A DNA stretch of 63,805 bases, the filler included, from Lenisia limosa (taxonomy: Eukaryota; Protista; Breviatea): assembly GCA_001655205.1 (NCBI GenBank). It is 15 parts of 15 records of this genome, joined end to end, with 100 filler letters (N's around TTAATTAATTAA, not from the genome) between each part and the next. Parts side by side here need not be neighbours in the genome. Positions count along the whole stretch, not along the records: positions 1 to 29,373 come from LPNZ01008861.1; 14 more parts are not named here. The stretch is one strand, 5' to 3'. Shown in pieces: positions 1 through 13,400 of this stretch (positions are counted from its first letter, which is position 1; each line of letters begins with the position of its first letter). The translations under genes and the position numbers were made by a program. The notes under the pieces were generated by a model that worked only from the letters and a program-made list of their open reading frames with translations, was not told where the DNA came from and did no database searches.

Positions 1-1759
1 TTAACCCATTCAGCTTTGTCCCCCTCAAGCTTCGCGAACGTTTTGCTCTCAACAGCTCTGTAAGGAGATATTACTTACGAAACCTTACCTTGTTTAAATA
101 CATGAGCGTTGCAACTAAAGTTCTGTTAATTCTGTGGCCTTACTGATGCGACTATTGCTTAGTGTCCATCGGCATGCTATTTCAGATGATTAGGGCTTCC
201 GGTTCAAAAAAAGTCCGATAAAGTATCGATAGTTTTCAAGATTTATCGAGAAATTCAGTTTATTTTCGAACCGAAGGGAAGCCCTAAGTATTTTTAAAGG
301 AGCACCTCCTGACACCCCAGGTGTACATTTTCCGTTTCAACCTTCCCTCCGGACGCCACACCCTCAATTGGCGCGCGGGCCAATACGTTGCAGTCCGAAC
401 TGAGATTGACGGACAAAATGTTCTCAGGCATTACTCCCCCGTCTCCCGCTACACTCAGACTGGTGAGGTGGTGGCAATGCTTGTTTTGGCTATTATTTTG
501 ATTGTTTTTTATTGATGGTTCGTGATTAGTACCTTAACGCAATTCTTTATTTCAATTTCCCCTTGATTCAAAAAAACAGTATTTTACCCCCCCCCCCCNN
601 NNNNNNNNNNNNNNNNNNNNNNNNNNNNNNNNNNNNNNNNNNNNNNNNNNNNNNNNNNNNNNNNNNNNNNNNNNNNNNNNNNNNNNNNNNNNNNNNCCAC
701 CAAAATGGGCCAACTTCCTCCCGGCGGCGAAATCGAATTCTCAGGCCCCTTCGGCGAGCTTGACCTCAACATTGACATCCCTCGCGAGGTGGCTCCTCCC
801 AACGGTTGGCTTCCGAAGTTCAGTTCTTTTAGCTTCCGACATATAATGCTTTACTCATGCTCTTTTGAAACACTGACGTTCCCAGCCATTAGACGTATTG
901 GCATGATTGCTGGAGGTGCTGGTATCTCCCCCATGATCCAGGTTAGCCTCTCGTTTTGTTTGATTTCCACATCTACCAAACATTTGAAACAAAACAAAGT
1001 GATCTAAGGGAGGGGTGCGGGTGCGACATTTGAAATTAGGCTGACCCTCCAGATTATCCGTACAGTCCAGGCCCACTACCGCTTTGATGTGCAGCTTCGT
1101 CTCCTCTTCGCCGCCAACACCGTTGATGAACTTCTGTACAAGGTGGGGAGTCTGCTATCTTCTAGCATTGTGTGGGTTCTATTATTCTGCTTGATTGACA
1201 GGGCCTTTTTTGCAGTGAAGCTCGTGTTTTTGAATTGTTTTACGCGAAAAGAGTGTTGATGACCCCTTTAGGAAGTTTTGGAGCAAAAGGCGGCCCAACT
1301 CCCCAACCTTGACGTCAAGTTTGTCCTCCTCAAGGTATGACAGCTATGTTATTTGGCATTCTTGTTTTGTTTAATATCAAGTATCACATTATTCAGTATC
1401 TTTTTTTATTTTCTCCTTACCCCCCCCCCCCCNNNNNNNNNNNNNNNNNNNNNNNNNNNNNNNNNNNNNNNNNNNNNNNNNNNNNNNNNNNNNNNNNNNN
1501 NNNNNNNNNNGAGGTGATCCGCGACTTCCTCTTTGCCCCTGCGTCGGACTCGAAGGTTCGCCTCAGGATTGGCCATATTACTTGTCTTGTTTGTTCATGA
1601 AAGCGTTGACGATGGGTGAAAGACTGCTTTGTTGTAACTTTTATATTTTTGACATTTTAGCTTGTGATGTGCGGCCCTCCTGTCATGTGCAAGATCCTCA
1701 AGCGCACACTCACCGAAAAGCTCAATTACAAGGAGGGCGAGTTCTACTCCTATATGTAA
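1..1759 (+). CDS. Cytochrome b5 reductase / ferredoxin-NADP reductase-like FAD/NAD(P)H-binding flavoprotein (5' partial, multi-exon)
   Basis: Spliced exons read NPFSFVPLKLRERFALNSS / VYIFRFNLPSGRHTLNWRAGQYVAVRTEIDGQNVLRHYSP (RxYS/TP FAD motif) / EIEFSGPFGEL / RRIGMIAGGAGISPMIQ (NAD-binding motif) / RLLFAANTVDELLY / LVMCGPPVM...FYSYM*, TAA at 1757-1759. Could be the C-terminal part of a larger fusion enzyme. Confidence 0.9.
191..286. mobile_element. MITE family A (palindromic, TA-GGGCTTC...GAAGCCC-TA)
   Basis: TAGGGCTTCC..GGTTCAAAAAAG...TTTTCGAACCGAAGGGAAGCCCTA inside intron 1 of the b5 reductase gene. Confidence 0.85.
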
Positions 1760-2178
1760 ATGCAGTACCAAGCAAACTAAGTGTGTTAGTATTGTGATTG
1801 TTATGCATACCTTTTCTTGCTGTCTCAGGGAAGTACTCTTATCATTTGGTTGTTCGACGTCAAGATATAGGTAAAGGCTATCAACTGGTTTATTATTATG
1901 AACCAGTATAACAATATCATCAAAAATCAAAGGTTGATCACACAGATCATGTCGTATTTCTGGTAAAATGTTCAAACGCTTCTTTCCTTTCTCTTCTTAG
2001 AATATATAGAAACGTTAGCAGAAATTGAATAATATCGTACACCCAACATTAGAGAATTCCTTCATCTGGAAGAAACTGGAAGAGTGGGAGAAGCTTTCCG
2101 TATATCTCGTCGTCCTTTGGACTGAGGCTCAGAGCAATCCACAACCCATAAACGAGACACCATCATATCAGGCACACA

Positions 2179-5100
2179 ATGGGGTTTGTAGTCGGTTTTC
2201 TGCTCCTCCTTGTCGGTGTTTGTATTGGCTGTCTTGGCCTGATCTTTGGTGTACTCTTCTTCGTCTCAAAGGAAGAGGCTAAAGTAGGCTTGGAGAGGTG
2301 TAAGGATGAGAGTGGCCAAAATGGCAATTTATTATTGGGTTGTTTGGGAGGGAAAAGGAAATTTCCTTCATTCCAGTGACTACTTTGCTTCAATTCCTTG
2401 TTTCCATTTTTGGTAAAACAAAAACCGCTTTGCCCTCTCTATTTCATTTTTCAATATATTTTTTTCTGCTGGACTCTGGATATTTTGTTGACTCATATGC
2501 CTGTTTGCTTGTGTTCAAAAATATCTTCACAGTGCTGACAGTTTTATTAATTTCATTTTTATTACCCCCCATATCACTTCGCGTTGACTGTGACTGTCAT
2601 CAACTTATCTTACCCCCTAGTGGTTTGAGAAAGTCAAGCAGAAAGAGCGAGATTTGAGTTTCACAGCCCCTTTATCCCTAAATTCGCCTGAAGAAGAGAA
2701 GAAGGAGGAGGATGAATCGAGCGAAGGCAAACAGGTGATAGGGTGGAACCTACACTACTCCCGGCCCGTATCCCACATGTGACACCCTTGAATATGTAAA
2801 ACTCAAAATCCACTATCACCCTGGGAACTACTCTATAATAGATCCCTCCAGTATCGATGGAGGTGTTTGGTGGTAGAGAGAGGCAATAATGGTGTCGTTG
2901 CCATTGTAGCCAACATCAAGCCCCGCTAATCCTCTAGATTTCGTTGAGAGGTCTGGCTAAAGTTATTTTCGGTCCGTTTGATCACCCCAAGAAACTGAAG
3001 CATTCACAAAGTTGGTTTTCTTTAAATAAAACCAGTTCCTACATACATTTCAGCTTCTTTCTAATTGCCCTTTTTCACAATTCCCCCCTCACTTCCCTCT
3101 GTAGACTTGGACTGTAATCAGCTAGTCTTGCTCAATGGAAATAGAATTGTCATCTATCACAAAGACACGGTGTGTGGGGAGGTTGAGTGAGAAACTGCAA
3201 TGGCAGAACTTTCTTGTCAAGTGGGATTATCAATATTCAGAACTGTTTTTCTATCAAGGATTAAAGTGTGAAAGGTAAAATTACGGGTTTTAACTAATTA
3301 GGAGGGCCAACTTCAGGCAGCATTCTCCGTAAAGGGCACATTCGCTTCTCTTGGTGTTTTAGAATCTCGTAACGCTCATACGGTCGTCATACATAGCCCA
3401 GATACCCCTATTGCAGCTAATGTGAGTTCAATCATAGGTCTCTTCAATTAACTGCAGGAAGTGTAAAGAGGATAACGGCACATTGAGCATTTGTACTTGT
3501 TTCTCCTTACTTTCTCGCGTGTCATTCATACAATTCCTTCTTATCATGCCCATTATACCCATAGAACGTGCTGTCAAGTCCCCATTCTGTGCTACTCTTC
3601 TTCCGGACTCTCAATGAAGCCCAAAAGTGGAACCTTGCTATTCGTGCCGCGGCCGGAGAGGTTTGTCACTGGGCGTGGAGGGGGGGTTATCAAACTGTAC
3701 TAGCATTTTACGCTTCGATTGGGGTTTTCAGCATATTTCAAATAATGAGCAGGGGTATGATGTTACTGATTGTATAACTTTCCATTCCTTCACCCCTCTC
3801 CTTCACCCCCCCCCCTCCNNNNNNNNNNNNNNNNNNNNNNNNNNNNNNNNNNNNNNNNNNNNNNNNNNNNNNNNNNNNNNNNNNNNNNNNNNNNNNNNNN
3901 NNNNNNNNNNNNGCGAACTTAGAACCACTGCATTTGCCAACCCGGATAATGAGTGGGCTTCTTGAGCACACTATATATGTAGATGATTTTTTAGGCACGC
4001 AGAAAGCTGTGTGCACAGAGTTGTAAGGCAGATGATTGGGTGAATTTAAATTATACTATAATCCAAAATCGCTTATAAGCGTGATGGTGTAGACAGCTTC
4101 GGCCAGATACAACCTTTTTTTTTATTTCTCATCGCCAAATATACATAGTATGTATATTATTATTTATATCAACATCAGTTATACCTCTTCACGGTTAAGA
4201 GATTGGGATAATCGAGTATCTATTTCCCCTTGGTGCTGACTAATAAAGGGTGAACGACACTGTGATCACTCCTTTTACTATTGAAAGTGGGTGAAAAGTG
4301 GATTCACCAAGTTTTTCTTTGCAACTGAAAGGGCTGCAGTTCCGAATTTTGTCGTTCTATTTCTATTTCAGTTGATTTTTGCATCATTGTGCTGCATGAT
4401 TCCAGATTGGAGGCTCTTTTTGGCCATAGATACTCATTATTTTAGACCCGGGCTGGGCAAACTTTGTTCTTCAGCGATTGTTCTTCGACATTCATGACGA
4501 GGCGTGGCTTCACGCGCATTTGAGGCGCAAACTCAATCTCAAAGTTCATGGGGTCCTGTTTTTCTCTGCTTTCTTCTCACAATAATAACAACGTATCCAT
4601 CTTCAATAATTCATGATTTTTACTTGTGTATTGCTAGCCTCTACGGTATTTACACTCTTACCAAACAGTTAAAACTGCTTCAGCTTCCAAAAGTGGTCAC
4701 TCATGTTGAGGTTTGCTGTAGACAGAGAGTAGAGGAGATTCACTTCGCCACTATTACTTTGATTTACCAATCTACCACAATTCCTCAGCAATCTTCAACG
4801 AATTCTGCTTTATTATGAAATGAAATTCTGACCCTGTAGATTCTGAAGATCGTTTTAGGGCCTCGACTCCCCATTATCCATAAAATCCAAGTCAATGATG
4901 TGACAAACAAGGGCGAAATTGTGGGGGGGGGGGGTGANNNNNNNNNNNNNNNNNNNNNNNNNNNNNNNNNNNNNNNNNNNNNNNNNNNNNNNNNNNNNNN
5001 NNNNNNNNNNNNNNNNNNNNNNNTCCATACATCGTGTTCCACTGGGATTGTTTTTACTCCAGGATATTGTTTTTTTGTTTGACAATTCACTCTCTAGGAT

Positions 5101-8100
5101 GCAGATATAGACCTGACATACACTGGAGGCTTCTCCATTTGGTTTGGTACCACTGTAAATGTGGGAAGTGAGATGCTCTGCAGAGTAAAGTTATGATACT
5201 TCTTTGTTTCTCATTTTGACATAATGGAAAACTGGAAACATCGACCCCTGATTAGTATTCTGTTGCCCTAATCTAACCATGCCAGCTTTCTCTCCCCGGT
5301 ATTATGGCAGCGTTGTCATCGAAGAGCATCACAATTCCAGTTTACATTGCACTTCAAGTCAAAAAAGTCAAGGGAAAGGTAGGGCGCTCCTTTCTAATAA
5401 CGTTTGTTTTCTATTAGATGTATGATAAGTACCGTATCCCCTCCCTTTACCCATTGTAGCTAAAAGTCTTCATTCCCCCACCGCCCTCTGATGAGCTCTT
5501 TATCGGCTTCCACGGGATCCCGGAGAACGACCTTGAAGTTGGTCTTTATCATTTCTTCTTTCTCATGGCCCTTCTTCTTCAAACCTCAATCTTGTCAATT
5601 GAGTCAATCCTTTGTGAATGTGGCCAATCGAGCTTCTCTTTTCTTACTATTTTTCTTATCTACCACCTCCATTTTTGGTTTAGTAACATTATTCATTACT
5701 GTGATAGTATGAAGTACATCTTAATAGCTTTAAACGAAACACAATGACAACTAGTCACCTCACCATCCAGGTGAAGACGAGTGTTGGAGATAAAAGATTC
5801 ATCCAGAACATCTCCCCGGGTATGTGCAGTGTTTCAGAGGAATCCTTTTGCATTTTTATTTTTCTACCATTACTTTTTTTTCAGTGACAAACATCCTTGT
5901 GCATGCACTGAAGACCTTTATGATGGAAGAGTTTGTCTTGCCCCACATGGACAACTTCGATAACCCTATGACCAAGTCCAAGAGAGAGGTGTGCTGGCTC
6001 ACTTTAACTTTTGTCAGAGTAATGAGATAACATTGAGCCCGATACAATGAACAATACGGAGCTTATATATTTCATCATATTGTTGACAGACTCACTCTCC
6101 ACTTTTCTGATTGCCTACTTTTTACACCATCAGGTTGATGCTCTTCGTTCGCTTCTCTCCTCAGAGAAGTTCGACTCGGCGTTTCATCCCCAACCTGGGT
6201 TGGTTTGGATCTAATACCTCTTGTCTTTTGTTTCCTACCAAAGTTGCCAGTATGACATGGGCTGTACCTAGGGCTTCACTTCGGTTCGAAAAAGACTGAA
6301 TTTCTCGATAAATCGTCGATAAATATCGATATTTTACCGGTCTTTTCGAACGGAAATGAAGCCCTAGATATGCCAATTGATTTTTTGATACTGTCGATAT
6401 ATATTTTTAATCAAAAGGAAAGGAAGCGGTAGTAAGACTAGGGAATATTATCATATTACCTTACTGTAACCTTCAGTGTCGAATAAAATTTCTGCGGTGC
6501 CCCTTTTCTATTCCTCTTATAACCACCCAGAACCGAAGCCCCAGCCTCTTCCGTTGTCAACAACAAATTGGTCTTTTCCCACGAGTTTCCTACTGGTGGG
6601 TGGTAATCAATTTTATGTCATTACTGAAGAATAATATACTATTGTGATCGTCTTCCCCCTACAAATCATAGTCGATTATTTGAAATAATACATCTGTTGA
6701 GGCAAGTTTGACTCTTCAGCTGACACATATGGCTTTGAGAAGAGTTTGGAGGAAGATCTCGAAACTGAGACTTCTCAGAACATCGTGCCTGAGCCTCAGC
6801 ACCAAGAGAAGAAGGTATGATGTAATACCCACTTCCCTTCTTGTTTTTTACCTTACAACGTATTAACTTAACTACACTTAAGGCTTCCTTCAGTCTTTTT
6901 CCGGACTTAAAGAAGCCTTAACTATAACAATAACCAACTAATCTTTTTAGGGTGGTTTCTTTTCTATGTTCAAGCGCCACAAGAACTACACTCCAATCAA
7001 ATCGCCAACCACTCCCCAAAGAGACTTGAAAGCCCAGAGAGACAACAACCTTGGGATTAATGTATGAACACATAGGGTGGAGGGGTATCTTGCCCGAAAC
7101 AGGTTTCTTTGCTTTCTTCAATTTTCAATCAGTTAAACAGGTTTCTTTGGTTATTTCTTTTTTTAGTCTAGCACTGTTAAGCTTCTATTTGTCACCCTTA
7201 TCAACAGTATTTATTATAATAATCAATATCTTCCCCTGGTTTGCATTCTATTAGAGAATATCGTCTCCTTACCATATCTTCACACTTCAAGGCGACAATG
7301 GTGGAGGAGGAAGACATTGAAGTGATCGAAGCGAACGCTGCTGTTACGAAGTTCGAGGGGGATTGGGACGAGGTTCAGGATTGGGACTAGTACCCATTCT
7401 ACTTCTTATGATGTAAAATAATAATTATTGTAATTTCCATTTATACAAGTGGTGTGGGATATTTACGCCACAGTGAACCAGTCTTTGAAGAGGAAGAGCC
7501 ATTTGCATCCACCAGTCCCCCTGCCAAGGTAGATTTCATAGAGGTTTGCAATAGATTGTTTGTTTCTGCACCAGCCCACCTTTTGGTTAAGTCTTTAAAT
7601 GTTGTTTCTGAGGAGCAAATAGAGTTTTTTTTTTGGAGTTTTTCAACTGATAGATTTTGGTTTTAACTCCTCCCCCAGGCTAAAGCCCAGGTCATAGATG
7701 TCGACGATGACAAGCCGCCAGCACACCACGGCAAACTGAACGAGGGGTCTGACCATTTTGATGGCGATGAGTTGGACGCCATGGTCAAAGAGTTTGTTAC
7801 TAAGGTTAGGGGCCTCTTTCTTAAGCCGTGTAGTCCAAACAACCAATGGTTATAGAACATTTGTCGAGACAATCAGCCTTTTTTTTGGTACTATGGGATA
7901 TTCTACGTTACCATATCGGTTCCTTCTTTATCCGCTTTTAATGGGGAGGTATTGCCAACGTTTGCACGTGGCATCTTACGTATCAGGAAGAAGAAAAGAA
8001 GGCAGAAACTGTCAAGCTGGCGGAAGCTTCGGAAGCTTCAGAAGCAGAAGTGACGATGGTTGCCGACGAGGATGTGGAAACGCTCACTGGGCCGGAACTT

Positions 8101-10077
8101 CATGCCGTTTTGGACCAGTTTGACTCTCTCACTGCGGAAGACGTAACAACACCGCAGGAGGAGGAACAGGGTGAGATTTGAGGGCTCGTATTCCTTATAC
8201 ATCAGGAATGCTACACCATTTCTGCCACATCATCAACTATGGAATCTTTTTCAGCAACTGACCATTTAGGCACCCCAGGAGTTGTTGAGGCAGATGAGAA
8301 TGAGAAAGTTACGTTCACCAAGCCGCAGCACGTGACACCTCCTTCCGAAGCACCGCCGCCGGAACCGAAAACCAAGAGCAAGAGCACCAAGAACCTTTTT
8401 TCGGTGAGTCTCATTGATTTTGTCGCGTTCATTACGGTGACTGCTTTACAACCAGTGGGTGTACATGTGCATAAATACATGCTTTTATGTTTCTCCCAAA
8501 GTGAAGATATTGTTATGTTAGAATTTGGGAAATACACTTAACTACCAACCTTTATGATCTCATTTGCCCCATTTGCTCTCTTCTATAACTTCTCAGTTTG
8601 CAGTAAATGCAGTCAAAACTCTTGACACTCACGTCAAGAAGGTTGGCAGGGCTATACTTTCAGTCAAGTACATTTTATCACATACATCAACATGTCTATG
8701 ATTTACATATTATGTCTTATGCGCAAGGTAAAGTGATCAATTATCCCTCCGTTAGCTTTTTTTGTCTCAATTTACAGGAAATGCAAAAACAACAAGCCAA
8801 AGAAGAAGCCGCTAAACGAGTGGGTGTGGTCGGAGGTTTCGCAGTCTTCCGTTTTATTTGCCCATCAAGTTAAGAAGTACATTGGTCTAACCGTTCAGAG
8901 CGCTGCAGCTTCCCAACCTGTGAAGGTGATTTGGTCTAAAACTGGCTCTACCTGGGCTGTGGGTATATTTTGCGAATTTTATCTCATTATAATTAGCAGT
9001 GTAAAACGGGATATTCCAGAGCAGAGAACTTGGTTTTACGTTCTTAGGTTTCCCTTCGGCCCGACCAGCTGCCCCAAGGCTTCTTCGTTCGTCGGCCGTC
9101 TCCTTCGTCTTCTCCCAGCCCTCCACCATCCGTGTCGCCTTCTTCCCAACCTGGGTCTGAGCAAACTCAGGTTTGATTTCTGTTGAATAGTCCTTCAAAT
9201 CCTCGATAGTTGTCATATCTTTTCTTCTCTCAACTTTATTGCTCTCTGGACATATTTTGAACAAGACCTCGATCATATTCCGCCGTTTGTGCTCTGAGCC
9301 GTCCCACATCGACAAATTTCAGTCTTTCCAGGAACTCAAAAGTCCCCTCGAGCCCGTGGTTATCAAGGAAATGCCGGTCAAACCTGAAACACCAAGTTCG
9401 GGGGAGGGGGGCTTCTTCAAATAAAGGGTTTCCTTTTCTACCAACATAACGCGATTGTGTTTTCATCATCAACAGTATTTTGTTTCGTTCATCAACAGCA
9501 TTTTGTTTCCATCATTAGCAGCATTTTGTTTCCATCAACACTATTTTCCCACCAACATACGTTTCCTCAAATGTCAAGCTGATACTGTTTGTATTCATTC
9601 ATCCGTAGAATTCAGTGAGACACGCCTTCCTGATATGGACCAGGAGCCCACACCAACAGCCTCGCCGGCTCCGCAGTATGAGTCACCAAGGTTTGCTTTT
9701 CACTGCCATTAGGGCCTCACACAAATTCGAAAAAGATCGGTAAACTCGATCTATTATATTGATGATTTCGAGAAGTCATTTTCTGGAGGAATGAAGCCCA
9801 AACTCTCATAAGTCAAGTGTTCAGCATGGATTTGCTCTAAAAATTTAATAATGTTTAAATCCCGAAGTGCTCATTCTTCTTTCATAATGTTGCAATCATG
9901 CACCAAAGTGCTCATTCTTCTTTCATAATCTCAAACTTGATGATGGGGTGAGCGGCTTCACAATTCAGTCCTCCACGACTTGTGCAGCCTGTTGTGCTGG
10001 AGTATGACTCGGAGAGCGAAGATGAAATCACAAAAATGATGAATGAGGCTCTCGATGAGCTTCCTTCTTCTCGATAA
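2179..10077 (+). CDS. TEX2/Nvj2-like TM-PH-SMP lipid-transfer protein with long acidic low-complexity C-terminal tail (multi-exon)
   Basis: N-terminal hydrophobic MGFVVGFLLLLVGVCIGCLGLIFGVLFF; PH-like helix FFRTLNEAQKWNLAIRAAA (~3590-3660); SMP hallmarks WANFVLQRLFFDIHDEAWLHAHLRRKLN (~4446-4545), DADIDLTYTGGFSI, LKVFIPPPPSDELFIGFHG, EEFVLPHMDNF; downstream E/P/S-rich exons join in frame to TAA 10075-10077. Confidence 0.75.
3995..4135 (+). mobile_element. Dispersed repeat family B (~140 bp, short imperfect TIR), full copy
   Basis: GCACGCAGAAAGCTGTGTGCACAGAG...ATAAGCGTGATGGTGTAGACAGCTTCGGCCAGATACAACC...TTTCTCATCGC; intronic. Confidence 0.8.
6269..6366. mobile_element. MITE family A, near-perfect copy
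   Basis: TAGGGCTTCACTTCGGTTCGAAAAAGACTG...GGTCTTTTCGAACGGAAATGAAGCCCTA; ~28 bp TIRs; intronic. Confidence 0.9.
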
Positions 10078-10451
10078 TGTTTTGTATCTTAAATGTATTG
10101 TAGTTCCATCCCTTTCTCGCTAGATTGATGTCTGGGGTTTATTGTAATAGTCCAGTTGGAAAAATTTCTAAATGATTAATCGATTTGCCTGTTTCCATAA
10201 CCTTCTCTAATGANNNNNNNNNNNNNNNNNNNNNNNNNNNNNNNNNNNNNNNNNNNNNNNNNNNNNNNNNNNNNNNNNNNNNNNNNNNNNNNNNNNNNNT
10301 TGAGATTTGGTGGCGTGGCAAAAACAGGCATGATAATATATCGGCGACAATTATTTCTTGGAAAAAAAAGGGTGACATCATAACAATAAATTAAGAAAAA
10401 TACACGGGAGAAACACTCAGCTCCTAGATTATTGACGAATTGGTGCCAAAG

Positions 10452-13400
10452 TCAGAATCTGAATGTATCAAACCAATTCTCAAGTTGTCTGATTGAGTCA
10501 TAAATGGAAAGGTGTGTGTNNNNNNNNNNNNNNNNNNNNNNNNNNNNNNNNNNNNNNNNNNNNNNNNNNNNNNNNNNNNNNNNNNNNNNNNNNNNNNNNN
10601 NNNNNNNNNNNNNNNNNNNNNNNNNNNNNNNNNNNNNNNNNNNNNNNNNNNNNNNNNNNNNNNNNNNNNNNNNNNNNNNTCCATCTAAGGTATGAGCTGT
10701 AATCTAGTAGTATTAACTGAAGTTATTAGCTGATAAACTACATTGAAGGTTCTTGTACAAAAAAGATTGTTTTGTGTTGAAAGGGATTTTGGCCAATAAG
10801 AAGACTCATATCCTCTCTATCCTCTTACTGTCACTTCATCAGACTGCATAGACATAAACTGTCCATCGTACGTCTCCAAGGCAACGTTGCTTGAGTTTTC
10901 CTGGAAGGTCATACTATAGACATGTTGCAAACATGTATACAGATGTTTATCATTCAATAATCATGGATTTGACAAAAAACAGAAAATGCATATCGCTCGA
11001 TTCGAAAGTACGATGAAGTTGACCAAGCAAACAAAATCCCCTCACGGTTTGCTTAATTACATCGTTTTGAGAATTAGGAATTCGCGCCTCCCAAATAATG
11101 ACCGCCACAATTACTCCGACGTTGGCACACAAGAGAACCAAAATGAAAACTAGAAAGTCACATCAACTCCCAGGCAATTGTGTAATTTTCCGAAGGAGCC
11201 CCACCAGTGAAGATAGTGCGAGTTGAGTAGGTAGAAGCGTTGAAAAACACCTGAAATATATCAGAATTTTTTAAGATATACTTTCAAAAGGGTGTTGATG
11301 ATGTCTGTGTCTTGGGAACTACATATGTATGCATAGAAAGCCGTGTACACAGAGTTGTAAGACAATATAATTGGGTGAATTAATTACTATATACTATAAG
11401 TCAATATATCATATCTTAGCTTGATGGGGGTGGAGACGGATTCGATCAGATTCAACCTTATTTTGTATTTCTCATTACTATATATTACTAATGTGCAAAG
11501 AATACCGTTTGACGTTGCAACTTACAATTCCTGAAATGAGAGTAATCATATTGACGCTGATGCAGACATTCTCAAGCAAATTGAGTTGTGAAATTAGGAA
11601 TGGGTTCCTAAAGTGGTGATAAGTATAAGGCGCGATGTAATTTCATCAAATCTAGTAGTACTGGAGCATTTCAACCGCTGAATGCCTCAAATTGATTGAC
11701 TTCTCGGTTTGATACATATTGGTGTAAACTCGGACTATGTCCCAGCTTGTAAGTCGGAGAAAATTTGATCCTGCATTCATCTCCCTTACTTACCTCTTCT
11801 GTAGCATGATAGCAGCAAACAGAATCAAAAGAGCAAGACAAGCCTATACAAATGAAAATAGGTGAGAGTGCCATCTTGTAGTGGTTTTCATAAGTCCTTC
11901 AGATTGCGCAAGGAGACGGAAACCCTAATCACATTTATCTACCCCCCCACCTGCAATCCAGGGTTGGAACCGAAGAGTAGAAGGGCTGAGACCAAACAGA
12001 GACCTCGAAGTTCTATTACCGCCTCCCAGAGGTAGCTATGAGGCTGATAGCGCGAGTACAACACACCATATCTAGCACAATAAGAACTGTCACCCAAAAC
12101 TCCGCAACAACGATATTTTGGATAATTGTAATGGCGTTATTTGGTGTAAGACAAGAGTGAATATGACAAATCAAAGTGTCACCAGCATCACTCTCCACCT
12201 ACACTGCCAAATGGTTGTCTTCATAAACTACATGTCTTCCTCGCTAAAATTGATTAGATCGCAAATCGTGCCTCTCACTCAGTACTCCCTCCATTCCACG
12301 TACATAAAGAACGACTGAAATAGACAGTGGGATGCCGATGACGTAAATGCACAGACCAGCCAGGGTAACCCAAAGATGAGACAGATGCTCCGAGCTGTAA
12401 CACTGCACACTCGGCTCTGGGGGACACGTGACAAAACATTTTGGTGGTGTTCTCTTACCGGCATCAAGCAAAAGGACGCCATTTCCGTAGTCCGTGCAGT
12501 CAAAATACCTAATGAGTAACTGGTTGATGAAGAGGAATAATGCTGCAATGGACAATTATAGTCAATAATCCTATGATAAAAATGGTACAGTTCAGTTCAG
12601 TTCAATTTAGTTGAGCCGAACTTCAAGGAAATTAAAATCACACCCTTTACAAACACCGTATTTCATTATGATTTCAAGTCCCACACGTACCGGAGAACAA
12701 TAAAGGTGACAGGGAGGTAGACAATGATCATGACGCTAAATACGGATCTGATGAGAGCTCTCCTGCAAGATGTGAGTTAAACGTGCGAGGCGAGAATTGG
12801 GAGGGGATAAATGAATAAGATATTTTGAAATGATATGCAATTCCGACCTGAGAGGAACTTGCCAGGAGATGAAGCCTTGGGGTGGCGACTGGAGAGTAAA
12901 ATATGAAAAATGATCAAATTACAAATAATGGTACCGGACCTACTTTTGATGCCAATATCACGGAGCACACGAGGTAACAAACTATAAGGACAAAGAGAGC
13001 CTGGGGGGATAGAGAGTGTTAGATTATAACGGACTGTAAGTAAAGTGTAAGTAATGTGATGTACTATACTATGTAAACTCCGTTTTGGTACATATATTCA
13101 AACATGTACTTACTATATCATCATAGTATGATGTATGTACATATATCATATGTATAATGATACCAGTTATTTCCTCCCACAGTCTGTATAAATTGGAAAT
13201 CACAATCTATCCAACATACAAAAAGTGGAATCAGGTATTGAATCAAGGCCAGTGTGAAGTACGAAATTGCAACTCCGGTTGTACATTCAGGAGCAGCAAT
13301 CTGCAAAAAGGTAAAGCTCGGAAATCAGAGCTACTATCAAAAACATTTGAGCTTAGCTACAACTTTATCCCAATGCACCTCAAAGTTGAAGTTAAAGGAT

